Shown one piece after another: positions 1-19,169 of a stretch of DNA of 64,000 nucleotides. The stretch is from the human T2T-CHM13v2.0 reference genome, Homo sapiens, in the NCBI RefSeq assembly GCF_009914755.1, contig NC_060925.1. One strand, 5' to 3'. The notes beneath the pieces are model-generated. The model did not search any database and was not told the origin of the DNA. It saw only the letters and a list, made by a program, of their open reading frames with translations. Every line of letters starts with the position of its first letter. Position 1 is the stretch's first letter. The translations under genes and the position numbers were made by a program.

Positions 1-1965
1 TATTAAAAAAGAAGAGCAATCTCTAATCAGTATCCTAACCTTTCACCTTAAGACACTAAAAAAGTGGAGCAAAGTAAAAGAAGCAGAAAGAAGGTAATAC
101 TAAGAATTAGAGTAGAAATTAGTGAAATAGAAGAACAATAGAGAAACCAAAACCTGATTCTTTGAAAAGCTCAACAAATTTTGATAAACCTTTAGGCAGA
201 TTAATCAAGAAAAAAAGAAGGAAGACTCAAATTACAAGAAAGAAAAATAAGAGTGGGGCATTACTACTGATTCTATAGAAATAAAAAGTATTACAAAGAA
301 ATACTGTGAATAACAGTATGCCAACAAATTACATATTTTGGATGAAATGGACAAATTCCTAGAAAGAAACAAGCTACCAAACTGATTTAAGAAGAAATAA
401 ACAATCTGAATAAATCTATAAACAAGTAAAGAGACTGAATTTGTAACCATAAAACTACTTTCTTCCAAAACAAAGCCCAGGCCCAGATGACTTCAATGGG
501 GAATTTACCAAACATTTAAAGAAGAATTAATACCAATTCATCACAAACTCTTCCAAGAAAAGATAAAGGAAAGAATACTTCCTAACTCATTCGAAGGGAA
601 CAGTATTTTTCTAATACCAAAACCAGACAAAGACATCATAAGCAAAGAGAACCATAGACTAATATCTCTTATAAATATAAATGCAAAAATCCTCAACAAA
701 ACACTAGCAAACCTAATCTAGCAACATATTTTTTAAAATATAAACTATGCTTGGTTGGAATTTATCTCAAAAATGTAGGCAGGCTTAACATCAAAACAAT
801 TAATGTAATATATCATATCTATAGAATAAACGACAAAAACCACGATTATCTCAATAGAGAAAAAGTATTTGACAAAATTGAACACACTTCTATAAAAACA
901 CTCAACAAATTAGAAATAGAGGGGAACTTCCTCAACCTTATAAAAAGGATTTAAGAAAAACTCAGAGCTCACATCATACTTAATGGAAAAAGACTAGATA
1001 CTTTCCTCCTAGAATCAGGAGCAAGACAAGGATGCTCATTCTCAACACCTCTATTCAAGACTGTATTAGAGGTTCTAGGCAGGTCAATTAGGCAATCAAT
1101 CAATCCATCAATGGCATTTGCATTGGAAAGAAAGAAGTAAAACTATATTTCTTTGAAGATGACATGGTCTTGGAGATAGAAAATCTTAATAAGTCTGCTA
1201 AAAACTATTAGAACTAATAAAGAAGTTCAAAAAAATTACAATATACAAAATAAATATATAAAAATAAATTGCATTTCTATACACTTGCAATGAGCAATTC
1301 CTAAATGAAATTAAGACAATACCACTTACAGAAGCATCAAAAGGAGTAAAATGCTTAGGAATATATTTAATAAAAGAAGCATGAAACTTATGCTCTGAAA
1401 ATTACAAAATACTAATGAAATAAATTAAAGAATGTCTAAATAAACAGGAAAGCATCTCATGTTCATAGAATAAATGACTTAATGTTGCTAAGATGGCAAC
1501 ACTACCCAAGAGATTGAATACAATTCCTGCTGGAATTCCAGCTCACTTCTTTATAGAAATTGACCAATTGTTTCTAAAATTCATATGGAATTGCAAGGGA
1601 CAAAAAGTAGCCAAAATAATCTCAAAAAGGAACAAAGTTGGAGACTCGCACTCCTTGGTATCAAAACTTACTACAAGGCAGTAGTAATCAATGTGGAACT
1701 GTCAAAGCTGGACATATAAATGAATAGAATTGAATTAAGAGTTCAGAAGTAAAACTGCATGTCCGTGTCTTATGTTCCCAAAGAGTGCCAAGACAAGTCA
1801 ATGGTAAAATATTAGTAATACTCTTTCCAACAAATAGTGTGGAGACGACTGAATAGCCACATGCAAAAGAATGAAATTTGATCCCTATTCACATGATATA
1901 AAAAGTTAACTCAAAATAGTTGAAAGACCTATATGTATGAGCTAAAACTATAAAACTCTTGGGAA
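1..1965 (+). mobile_element. Old L1M ORF2 fragment (degenerate, RT region)
   Basis: A-rich sequence with L1 ORF2 landmarks: gaaatggacaaattcctagaaag, aatgcaaaaatcctcaacaaaacactagcaaacc, gcaagacaaggatgc, tttgaagatgacatg (FEDDM, matching the FADDM motif). Many stops and frameshifts. Confidence 0.92.
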
Positions 1966-1978
1966 AAAAAAAAAAAAC

Positions 1979-2042
1979 ATGTGCCATTGCATTCCAGCCT
2001 GGGTGACAGAGTAAAAACCAAACCTCATCTCAAAAAAAAAAA
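1979..2042 (+). mobile_element. Alu 3' end fragment
   Basis: gtgccattgcattccagcctgggtgacagag...catctc followed by an A tail. Confidence 0.85.
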
Positions 2043-2054
2043 GTGAGAAGGATT

Positions 2055-2202
2055 TTAAAAAGTAACTAGAAGGAAAATCATAGTTTTTGAAGCTTGTATT
2101 GGAAAAGAAAGATTCAAATCAATGATCTGGGTTTTCACCTTAAGAAGTTAATAAAAAGAAAGAACAAATTAAACCAAGAATAACTAGAAAGAAAAATAAA
2201 TA
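2055..2202 (+). mobile_element. L1M ORF2 fragment
   Basis: aaatcaatgatctgggttttcaccttaagaag...aaattaaacc, the same ORF2 segment as positions ~1-110. Confidence 0.7.
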
Positions 2203-2204
2203 CA

Positions 2205-2368
2205 ATTACCTGAATGTTTTGTCCCCCAAAAAATTTATATGTTGAAATACTAACCCTCAAGGTGATTAGGTCATGTGGGTGGAGCCCCTCATGATTGGGA
2301 TTAGTGTTCTTACAAAAGACACCCCAGAGCACTAGCTCATCCTTTCCACTACGTGAAAATACAGCAAA
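2205..2368 (+). mobile_element. MaLR LTR 5' fragment (MLT1A/B-like)
   Basis: tgaatgttttgtcccccaaaaaatttatatgttgaaatactaaccc...gattaggtcatgtgggtggagccc...gggattagtg. Confidence 0.75.
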
Positions 2369-2369
2369 A

Positions 2370-2828
2370 TAGTGCTATTCACAATAGCAAAGACAGGGAA
2401 TCAATGCACGTGCCCATCAGCGGTGGATTGGAGAAAGGAAATGTGGTACATGTATACCATCAAATAATAAGAAGCATGAAAAAGAATGAAATCACTTCCC
2501 TTGAAGCAACATGGATGCATCGGGAAGCTGTTATCTTAAGTGAATTAACACAGGGACAGAAAACCAAATACCACATGTTCTCACTTATAAGTGAGAGCTA
2601 AACATTGAGTACACATGGACATAAAGATGGCAACAATAGACACTGGGGAGTACTATATGGGGGAAAGAGAGTTGAGGCAAGGGTTGACAATTGCCTATTG
2701 GATACTATGCTCACTACTTGGGTGACAGGATCATTTGTACCCCAAACCTCAGCATTACACAATACACCTAGGTAACAAACCTGCACATGTGCCCCTGAAT
2801 CTAAAATAAAAGTCAAAATTATTAGAAA
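2370..2828 (+). mobile_element. L1 3' end (L1PB/old L1PA-type)
   Basis: tattcacaatagcaaagac...aaaccaaataccacatgttctcacttataagtg...aacaaacctgcacatgtgccc...aataaaag. Confidence 0.9.
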
Positions 2829-2834
2829 ATAAGT

Positions 2835-3660
2835 TGTCAAAAGACTTGAACAACTCACAATAAAAGATACACAAATCGCCAAAAAATACATGAAAAGATA
2901 TTTGACATAAATCCTCAAGAAAATGAAAATTAAAATCCTGATGGAATACCATTATATTTTCACTAGAATGGCAAAAATTATAAATACTGACCATATAAAA
3001 TGTTGGTAAGAATGCAGAGCAACTGGAACCTTCATACGTTGCTGTTGAGAGTACAAAATGGTACAGCCACTTTAGAAAGCAGGTTGGCAGTTTCACATAA
3101 AGTTAAACCTATGTCTACTCTATCACTCAGCAATTCTACTCATAGGTGTTTACTCAAGAGAAATGAAAACACATGTCCACAAAAGACTACCAGAATATGA
3201 TAGCCACTTTGTTCATAATTACCAAGACTGGAAAAAAACCAAATGTCCAACAATAAATAAATCAGTAAACAAACTGATACATTCATATAACAGAATACCA
3301 CGTAGCAATTAAAAGAAATGAATTATTGGTGTATACAACAACTTGGATGAATCTCCAAGATTTTTCTAAGCAAAATCCCAGACACAAAGGAGTACCTATT
3401 TGATGTTTCCATTTGTATAAAACTCTAGGACAGGGAAAACTAATCTATAGTGACAAAAAGTAGTTCAGTGATTGTGGACAAAGATGTGTAGATTGACACC
3501 TAAGTGACAAAAAACATCTATTTGGGTTGATGGAAATATTTTCTATCTTGATTAGGATGGTGATTTTAAAGGCATATATATTGTTAAAACTCAAGGAATA
3601 ATGTATACATTTTAAATTTGTTGATTTTATGTAAACTACACTTCAGTATAGTTAATTTAT
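2835..3660 (+). mobile_element. Old L1M (L1MC/MD-like) 3' end
   Basis: gactgaccata...tgttggtaagaatgcagagcaactggaac-type segment, cagcaattctactcataggtg, tttgggttgatggaaatattttctatcttgatt. Confidence 0.82.
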
Positions 3661-3934
3661 ACAATAAAATTATATATGTTGTCTCATTGATCCATGCCAG
3701 ACATTTCTGTAATGTCCATCTAAAGAAGAGTTTCCCTTGTGGTTTGCTTGGCTGCCTATGTCTGCCTTTAGATTCAAGGCTCCCAACACTGAGATTTCTC
3801 TAGTTAGAGGTTAGCTAAGGATCTCATTACCTTTGAAACAGAGTCACTCCTATTCATAAATAAATAACTTTGCTGACAGAAGCTGCTATTTGCTAGTTTA
3901 GGATCATCACATGGAAAGAACATGGTTCTTATCT

Positions 3935-4095
3935 TAATCATACCAGAGTTCTAAACCTGCTTTCATCACTTTGTAGCTTTTTCGCTTTAAACATGTTTAA
4001 CCACTCCATGTCTCATTTTCTGTATGTAATAGGGATAGCAGTGCTCAACTCGATATGTTATAAAAATTAAGGGTTAAAATAAGTGAAGAAGCTGA
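3935..4095 (+). mobile_element. MIR (degenerate)
   Basis: gagttctaaacctgctttcatcactt...ccatgtctcattttctgtatgtaatagggatagcagt. Confidence 0.45.
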
Positions 4096-4576
4096 GAATA
4101 GTTGGGGTCAATAAAAGTTAGTCTACCATTCCATGTCTCATCACTCACTTATTTTCTATATTTGTTTCCTTTCTTGAATATAAGCATAGACCTGTTGCCT
4201 AAGTTAGCCCTAAACCTTTTGGCCTTTGGAGGACTGCCCATCCATGTAAGGTAAAATCCAGTTTTCTCAGGCCTTAGAAATACCTTAGTTATGCTTTCAC
4301 TTAGAATTTTAAATCTATAAACTAGATGTTCTTCAAATCTGACTCTAACAGCATCAAAAAATACAATCAATACTGAGTTAGAGTTTATATTCTTTTGCAG
4401 CATGTCCTTTGGTGTGACCCAGACTCATCTTCTTACTCTTAACTAAGTAGGAAACAGACCTTTGGGCTTACAATAAGTTTCAAATAAGCCTACAGATTGC
4501 ATCTAAATCCCTTAGTTGTTTATGTGAATAAAACACAGCAAGCTGGTTAGCTTTTATCTATTGAGAAAAGAAATTC

Positions 4577-6260
<1,684 letters not shown>

Positions 6261-6744
6261 TATACATATGGGGGTCTTTAGCAAGTAAGAGTTGAGCATA
6301 CCTGGCAGAAGTACCTGAAATAGGAAGAGAACAAGCTAAAAATGACCTTGGCTTATTAAGCGAAAATCTGAACTCTAAGCCAGCTTGTTATTTGTATCCT
6401 CTGCTCATACATCTAGTCATGTATGATGCAGGGTGTTAAAGAAATTCAGCCCCGGGAAATGGAATAGAGAGGAGAGCTAACTGGATCACAGGAAAGGATT
6501 GCTAACAAACAGTCCCCTTTATTTTTAAAATAGTGCCTCACTGATTAGTAGGCATAGTGAAAAACATAGGTGCCCTATAGGAATAAATCTGGGTGTTTTG
6601 TTTCCATCTGAGAAGATAAATTACAGAACAGTGATTCAAAGAGAGGAGAACAACCTCATTTTGCCTTTAAGGGGAAAAAACTTTCTAGCTATTCATTGCT
6701 GGATCTTGGAAGGCCATGGTAGAGGGGTGGGAGTAGGAACGTAG

Positions 6745-6915
6745 CTAGGCGCTGGAGTTAGTCTTAGGTTTAAATCTTGGCTCCATCACTTATTTGCTGT
6801 GTCTTTCAGGACAAGTTGCCCTTTCTGAACATCAGCGTTTTCATTTGCAAATGTAAAGAGCAGGATCTATTTCACGGAATTGTTAGATAAATTAAATGAA
6901 ATAATGGATGAGGAT
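6745..6915 (+). mobile_element. MIR
   Basis: ggtttaaatcttggctccatcacttatttgctgtgt...ctttctgaacatcagcgttttcatttgcaaatg...attaaatgaaataatg. Confidence 0.75.
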
Positions 6916-7119
6916 TTTCACATATAAGGTTTACACAGTAAGACATCTATATCCTGTGCACTCTGTTTCCCCATTGTTTATTTCCCAAATACTTATTGGA
7001 CTTCTACTATGTGGAAGGCATTATGAAATATAGCAACATTCAGGATCCTGGGAAATATTTCAGGTAGAATTAACAGGACACACATTGTTATGGTGAAGCT
7101 GTACTGCAGAGAGAGAATG

Positions 7120-7212
7120 CGCTTGATTCACTTTTTACCCTCCAGATCTAGCAGAGTGCCTGGTGTAGAATTGGCATCAATAGATATTTGATGAATAATT
7201 GAATTAATTAAT
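7120..7212 (+). mobile_element. L2 3' end
   Basis: ttgattcact...tctagcagagtgcctgg...tcaatagatatttgatgaata. Confidence 0.65.
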
Positions 7213-7259
7213 TTAAAGAAAATGTGGCAATTTTCCTATCGCTTAAAAACTTGAACTTA

Positions 7260-7563
<304 letters not shown>

Positions 7564-8468
7564 ACTGGAACTTTTTCTTCCAGTTCAGAGCTAACTTGGA
7601 AGAAGCTATTCCATATACCTCAGATTCTCAGCAAATTTTTAATGGGTGATAATATGAGAAATCAAGTGATCCTGAGATTCAAATTGCTCTACACAAGCTA
7701 GCCAAACCAAAAAGATTGCGGTCCAACTGACACAAATATTGTAAAATTAAGGGAGAGCAGAGGACTTAAAAACAAAATAGAGTTTTGGCTCCATTGTTGA
7801 CTGGCTATGGCAACATTTACTTACCACCCTCAGACTCAGTTTTTTCATCTTAACAATAGGAATAAGAATATATAATTCAGGAAGCTGGCAATAGTATTGA
7901 AGAAATATGTGATTAGTGTTTCATGTGCCAAAAAGAAAAAATCCATGTAAATTGAGGTTTAATTTTCAATTGTGGTTTTACTGTCCAGAAGAATTTGTCT
8001 CTGTTAAGAAAGCCGTAAGGATAGCTTTAGAACTATGAATACATATGTACATCAAAAAATGCTACCATGTACTAATAAAACATTAAATTTTTAAACAATT
8101 GCTCATCATTATACAATAAGTTTTTTAAAAGTTAATTTTATATAAAATGTTTATCTAAACAGTAATAGCATCTTCAGTATGCTAATTTAAAAATGAGGGG
8201 AAAATTTGTTTTGTTCTACTTTGAGTAAGTCTAGGTTTCTGTAACAAGGCGAAAAAATAAAAATGCAGGGAGAAATTTATGTTTTTTACACAACCATGAA
8301 AGTGAGCAGCTACATTCCATATACCTGTTGATAGATACCAGGCTGCTTATATTCTATTGCTCCAGTGTGTTGCCCCCCTCTAACTAATTGGAGTAAGTTC
8401 AAAATGGTGAGCTAGAGAGAGAGAACACAGAGGAAGAACTCTTAGGCCTAGACCCGGAAGTGTCATAG

Positions 8469-9158
<690 letters not shown>

Positions 9159-9559
9159 AAGAACTTTATTATACTAAGTGGGAAACTTTCCTTTCTATAG
9201 CTTCTTAGAGTTTACAAATTGTTTCATACTCGACCTTATTTGTTATTCATAACTCAGCATAGGCATGATTATCTTTATTTCTGAGATGAGGTAAGGGAAG
9301 GTAAAAGTGTTTCAATAACTTGCTCAAAGAAGGAAAAAGCTCCCTGCCCCGCAACTCCAAGTCCTGACTCAAAATCAGTCCAATAGTTTTAAGTGGCATG
9401 TAACAGTATGTTATGCTGATACTGGCTACAGTGAACTTGTTTGATCATCGTAAGATCAATATGATAATGAAACCTGTAGAGGACTTGGGGGCAGACACAG
9501 GGTAGAACAGCCAGATAATTCAAGAATTAAGAGTAATATTTAAAATATTAACTATCTTT

Positions 9560-9835
9560 TAGGAAGCAAAACCAAGGGTGACCGAAACTGGCTTCACGTA
9601 TCAAGATAGAACAAGAGAAATTGATTTTAAATTGCAGCAGAAAGAAAGAAAGAAAGAAAGAAAGCTGTTAAATATTGGAAAGTACTTTTGCACCAAAGAT
9701 CAAAAAAAGAAAAACAAAAAGTTAACAAGATTCTGAGTCGTTTCCCCGAAAATTTCTGTAATGAGATTGATGAGATAACACCCATGTTGGATGGAGTTGG
9801 TTGTGGTCTTGCCCAGAGCCTAGGAGCTAAAGCAG
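9560..9835 (+). mobile_element. Possible CR1/L3 3' fragment containing (GAAA)n
   Basis: agatagaacaagagaaattgattttaaattgcagcag resembles the recalled L3 consensus. Confidence 0.4.
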
Positions 9836-10589
9836 AGACTCCTATTGTGCACTCTGCTATGAATTAGAAAAATTTGCAGTAAAGTGTGGGTTCTGGTCAT
9901 GATTATGCCCCATACAAGCCAAGTGACATAAATCAGGGCACTGGATCCTACTGAATCTATTTCCTCAATTGGAAAATTTTGATGGCAATCCCTGCCATAT
10001 TTCTCCCACAGAATTGTCATAAACCACCTGCATGAGGTGACTTTATGAACTATACATGTCTTTACAATCACATTCTCATTTTGTGTGTTGACTTCTTCAA
10101 ATTTAACCAAAAATTGGTCCATTTTGTGTTTTACATATGTAATTGTCTTCATTACTCTATCTCATTTTATTCTTTTCATTTAAAATAAATGCTTTCATGT
10201 TATTTTACATATGTTTGTTTAGCAAATCAAGATATTTTCTTCAAAAAATCAATATTTAAAGGAACTTGGTGAGGGCATTGAACAGACTCAATAATTTTAT
10301 CCTGTCCTCCATTGTCAGAGATAGTTAAAACATACTCACAGCCTGTCCATTTCCTAGGGCTATGGATTACGCTAGTCTTCTGTGAACTGCCAGTTCATCA
10401 TTAACCCCGGTTGCCAAATGGTTTTTGGCTCTGCTCTGTCGCATTACCTCTTTCCCTATTCATGTGTCTCTCTGAATTGAGGAGGTACAGGTCTCCCTTC
10501 TTCGTGCTAAATGGTCCCTATACAAATTGAGTTTTCCATGAAAATATTCCAGACAGTGTGAAAAATCAAGGCAGAATTAAGACTAAGGT

Positions 10590-10976
<387 letters not shown>

Positions 10977-12818
10977 TTAATCAACTCTAGGGCTGTCTCA
11001 AGCAGATTCTGTCAATGTGTTCAGAGGTATGCATAGAAAATAGTTCAGATACTGAGATGTCACTACCCATGGCTAGTCATGCAAAGTATCTAGCTTTTAT
11101 GCATCATAATGTTGTATTTTAGAATTATAATTGCATTGGTATTTTGGAATTATAATTCAGATCATCGTTTGGTGTCTAGTAATTAAAATCAAGAAATGAC
11201 TTAAAAGTATAACACGACTGTTCAATAATTCACAACATAAACAGAGTTTAACTCGAAGAAGGTACAGTTTTCACTGAAAGACAGAGGATATAGAATTGGA
11301 GAAATGAGAAGAGGAAAAAACACAATAATTTCTCTTTTTCTTAGTAGTACTCATTAATTTTTATTTCATTGTTTTCTTTTCTTTATTGTGGTAAAATACA
11401 AATAACATAAAATTTACCATCTGAGCCATTTTTAAGTGTATAGTTCAGTGATCTTAAGTACATTCAGAATATTGTGCAACCATCACCACCATCCATCCCC
11501 ATAACTTTTCGTCTTGTAAAACTGAAACTATACCAACTAAATAGTAACTCCTTGTTCTCCCCTACCCCAGTGCCTGGCAACCACCATTCTACTTCTCATC
11601 TCTACAATTCCGACTGCTCTAAGTACCTCATATAAGTGAAATCATTCAATATTTGTCTTTTGTGACTGCCTTATTTCATTTAGCATAATGTTCTCATGAT
11701 TCATTCATGTTGTGGTGTAATGTCAGAATTTCCTTCCTTCTTAAAGCTTAATAATATTCTATTGTATGTACATACCACATTTTGCTTATCTATTCACCTG
11801 TCAATGAACATTTGAATTGCATCTACATTTTAGCTACTGTAAATAATGCTGCCATAAACATGGATGTACAAATATCTCTTTGAGACCCTGCTTACAATTC
11901 TTTTGGATATATACCCAGAAGCAGAAATACTGAATCATATGGTAATTCTATTTTAATTTTACAAGGAACTGCCATACTGTTTTCCACAGAGGCTGTACCA
12001 TTTTACATTCCCACCAACTGTGTCCAAACGTTCCAGTTTCTTCATATTCCCGAGAATACTTGTTATTTTCTCTTCTTTTGATCATCACCATCCTAGTGGT
12101 GTGAAGTCGTATCTCACTATAGTTTTGAATTACATTTCTCTACTGATTAGTGATCTAAGCATTCTTTGATGAGCCCATTGGTTATTTGTAGATCTTTAGA
12201 GAAATCTCTGGTCAAGTGTTTCAACCATATTTTAATTGGGTTGTTTGTTTTGTTGTTGTTGTTGTTGTTGGATTTTAGGAGTTCTTTATATATTCTGGAT
12301 ATCATTCTTTTATCGTATATATGATTTTCCAGCTATTTTCTCACATTCTATGGATTGCCTTTTTACTCTATTGATATTGTGTTTTGATGCACAAATTTTT
12401 TCAATTTTCACACAGTCTAATATGTCTATTTTTTTTGTTGTTGTTGCCTGTACCTTTGGTGCCATCTTCAAGAAATCAATTCCAAATCCAATGTTGTAAA
12501 GTTTTTGTCCTATGTTTCTTCTAGGAGTTTTATAATTTTAGGTATTACATTAAGGTCTTTGATACATTTTGAATTCTTTTTATATATGGTATTAGATAAA
12601 GGTCCAATTTTATTCTTATGTATGTGGATATCCAGTTTTGCCAGTACCATTTTGTGAAAAGTCTGTCCTTCCCCATTTAATGCTTGGCACCTTTATCAAA
12701 AATCATTTGATCACGTATGTAAGGGTTTGTTTTTGGTCTCCCCACACTATTCCATCTGTCTATTTGTGTCTAATGTCTATGCTAGCATGACACTTTTTTC
12801 ATTACAGCTTTGGAGTAA

Positions 12819-13148
<330 letters not shown>

Positions 13149-14267
13149 TTATCCAGCCAGCTTTGTTGTTTTCTGAGATTGTTTGGCTATTCAGTTTTTC
13201 TTGAGATTCCATATAACTGTTAGCATGGATTTTTTATTTCTGAAAAAAAGTCTTTGGGATTTTGACAGTGATTGCAGTGAATCTTTAGACTACTTTGAGT
13301 AGTATTGATATAAACTTTCTAATTCATGAACATGAGGTGTGTTTCCATGTATCTATGTCATCTTTAATTTCTTTCAGCAATGTTTTATAATTTTTACTGT
13401 GTAAGTCTTTCACCTCCTTGGTTAATTCCTAAGTATTTTATTTTTTTGATGCTATAATAAATGGAATATTTGTAATTTCCTTTTGAAATTGTTCATTGTT
13501 AGTAATTGACTTTAGTGTGTTGACTTTGAGTACTGCTATGCCACTGAATTCATTTATTAGTTCTAACAGTTTCATGTAGATTCTTCCAGGTTTTCTACAT
13601 AGAAGATCATATCATTATCTGTGAACAGAGGTAATTTTACTTCTTTCTTTCCAATTTGGCTGCCTTCTTTTTTTTCCTTTTTTTAATTTTACCTAATTCC
13701 TCTGCCTAGATCTTCCAGTACTATATTGAAGAGAAGTGGAAAAAGCAGGCATTTTTGCTTTGTTCCTGATCTTAGAGAAAAGGTTTTTAGGTTTTCACCA
13801 TTGAGTATGATGTTTACTACAGGTTTTTCATAAATGTCTTTTATACTGAGATAGTTTCCTTCTATTCCTAGTTTGTTTAATATTTTTATTATGAAACAGG
13901 TTTGAATTTGACCAAATGTTTTTCCTACATCAATTTAGATAACCATGTGGGGTTTTTTCTTACATTCTGTTAAATTGTATATTACATTGATTAAATTTTG
14001 TAAGTTGATCCATCCTTGCATTTCAGGAATAAATATGGCCTGGTCACAGTGGATAATTCTTTTAATATGCTCCTGAATTTAGTTTGCAAGTATTTTGTTG
14101 ACAGTTTTTGCATCAATGTTCATAAGGGATATTGTCTGTAGTTTTCTTTTCTTGTAATGTCATTGTCTGGTTTTGGTATCAGGATAATACCAGCCTCGTG
14201 TAATGGGTTAAGAAGTATTCCCTCCCTTTCAACCTTTTTGGAAAAGTTTAATAAGGATTAGTATTAG

Positions 14268-14586
14268 GGCTGGACATGGTGGCTTATGCCCATAATCCCA
14301 GCACTTTTGGAGGCCAAGGCGGGTGGACCACCTGAGGTCAGAAGTTCGAGACCAGCCTAGCCAACATGGCGAAACCCCATCTCTACAAAAAATACAAAAA
14401 TAACCAGGCGTGGTGGCAGATGCCTGTAGTCCCAGCTACTTGGGAGGCTGAGGCAGGAGAATCACTGGAACCGGCAGGAGAATCACTGGAACCGGGGAGG
14501 TAGAGGTTGCAGTGAGCAGCGATCACTCAACTGCACTCCAGCCTATGGGACAGAGAGAGACTCTGTCTCAAAAAAAAAAAAAAAAA
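14268..14586 (+). mobile_element. AluS with perfect 21-bp internal duplication
   Basis: TSD ggattagt(a/g)ttag; ggcaggagaatcactggaacc present twice. Confidence 0.96.
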
Positions 14587-15200
14587 GGGGGGGGATTAGT
14601 GTTAGTTCTTTAAATGTGTGGTAGAGTTCACTGGCGAAGCCATCAGGTCCAGGGCTTTTCTTTGCCAGGAAATTGTCGATTATTAATTCCAAATTCCTGA
14701 CTAGTTATAGGTCTATTCAGATTTTCTATTTCTTTGGGATTTTATGTTGGTCGGTTTTGTCTTTGTTGAAATCTGTCCATTTCATCTAGGTTACCCAATT
14801 TTTTGGAGTACATTGTTTGTTCATAGCATTCTCCTATAATCCTTTTTATTTCTGTAGAATAAGTAGTAATGTTCCCACTTTATTTCTGCTTTCAGTAATA
14901 TCAGTATTTTCTTTTCTTGGTCCATCTACTTAAAGGTTTGTCAGTTTTGTTGATCTTCTCAAATAACTAATTTTTGTTTACATTGCTTTTGTGTATTGCT
15001 TTTCTATTCTTTATTTTCTATATCTCTGCTCTAGTCTTTATTATTTCATTCCTTCTGCAGCCTTGAGTTTAGTTTGTTCTTCTCTTTCGAGTTCCTTAAT
15101 TTGTACAGTTAGGTTGTTTATTTGAGATCTATCTTGTTTTTTAATGTATCTATAGCTATGAATTTCCCACATACCACTGCTTTTACTGCATCCCATTAGT

Positions 15201-17321
<2,121 letters not shown>

Positions 17322-17687
17322 TGCTATGGTCTAAATATTAGTGTGCCCCTGAAATATATGTTAAAACTCAATCTTTAACGTAATGGAATTAAGAGGTGAG
17401 GACTTTAGGAAGGTGATTAGGTCATGAAGGCTTCGCTCTCATGAATGGGATTAGCACCCTTATAAAAGAGATTGAAGGGAGCTGCCCTCCCCTTCTACCT
17501 TGTGAGGATGCAGCACCCTTGCTTTGCACCCATCAAAGAAGAGAGAGAAGGCCCTCCTAAGACACGAAGTCTGCTGGCACCTTGAACTTGGACCTCCCAG
17601 CTTTGATAACTGTGAAATAAATTTCTGTTGCTTATAAATTACCCAGTCTAAGGTATTTTGTTATAGCAGCAGGAATGAACTGAAACA
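17322..17687 (+). mobile_element. MaLR 3' LTR (MLT1A/MSTC-D-like)
   Basis: tgctatggtctaaat...gtgattaggtcatgaagg...aataaatttctgttgcttataaattacccagtctaaggtattttgttatagcagca...aaca. Confidence 0.88.
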
Positions 17688-19169
17688 GTTCACTACATCA
17701 GCCATTGTTCCCACTAAATGTGTGCAGAATTCTTCTTTCTTTCTCTTCTCCTTAAAATCCATTGCAAAGCTAGGCAGATATTCTTTGCAACTGTGGTCTT
17801 TCCAGTAATACCTCAGTTATCAATTCACATTTTATGGATGGTAGGTATCAACCAAAATAGTGTAATGATATGGATCTCCTGTCATTTCTCTTTCTTTTCC
17901 TATTTACCTACAAATTAACTTCTGTGTCTCTTTCAAAATTTGGCCTGAAATTCGCACTAAAATTTTTTTCTACAGTTCTGTTATACCTTTTTACATTTCT
18001 CAACTGTTTTGATTTTTACATTTTAGGGGGAAAATGCTCCAGCTTTTCTCTCAATCTTCTATGCTCATTATGACTCTTACTTTTGATCTTATCTTCTCTG
18101 CCTTCTCTCAAGGTTCCATAGAAAGGATAGGGTGTCTCCTCCAGGAAGGAGAGCAACTTGAGTTAACATTGTGATCCTCTCACTCCGGATCTCTCCATCA
18201 CCAGCATGATTATCAGAGAAATGGTTATTCAGCATGGGGAGTGCCTGCCAGTCCAAGAGCAGGAAAGTAACAATATAAAAATACAAAGCAAGTTCCACTG
18301 TCTCTTGCTCTATATCCCTCAATATCAACCTGGCCTGCAGTGAAATGAGCTTTTCTTTATTTTCTGATACTAAGCGGTTAGCTCTCAGTGGCTGGATCTC
18401 ATTCCTGTGGTGTGGGCCTGCTCATCTCCAATTTCTCTGCCTATGATCTGGGTGGGTGCATTCATTTGTACCAAAAACAGAAGGTTCTGTCACATTCACC
18501 AATCCAGCCTAATCAATTAAAAAGCTAATATTACAATCTCTACTTGGCTCCTTGTCTGCTCTTAATTGCCTAGAAGCCAAAACAGAGACTGGTGAGTGAT
18601 TAGCATTCCCCAAATACCAACATTTCCTCTTCTGCTCTTTTTCTGTCTCTTTGTCACTTGATCTTAATTAATTCTGTGAAGCATAATATGTCCTGACCTT
18701 CTTTATATGGAAGAAGATACTCAATGCTAAATCATGGTCATACTGAAAAATGCAAAGTAGCTCCCTAATGAGAATGTTCTGACCTTTTTCCTGTTCATAC
18801 ATGAAATAAATAGAGAGCATATTGTGAGTCTAACACAATGCCTAGCACATAGTGAGTATAAAATAATTATTTGTTGAAATAATACCAACTACGGTGATTT
18901 TTTTACCAATACAATCAAGATTCCACACAGAGCAGCATATGAGATTTATGGATTTTCCATCTAAGAGTAGCACATTTTCTGATTTTTAAAGACTATTTTT
19001 TAGATATTTTAAGTATCGATCATATGAATCTTACAGGTGAATAGAAAAAAAAGTCTATGTTTTAACCACCTGACCAGAAATCTTATTGCTAATCAGCCTC
19101 CCATCAAAATGGTGCATATTCAACCAAACTGATGCAATAATGTTACACATTAGGGAGACATTTTTCTAA

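Noticed and set aside
8453-8463. Perfect ETS motif ccggaagtg
   Set aside because: Isolated motif with no CpG island or other promoter context.
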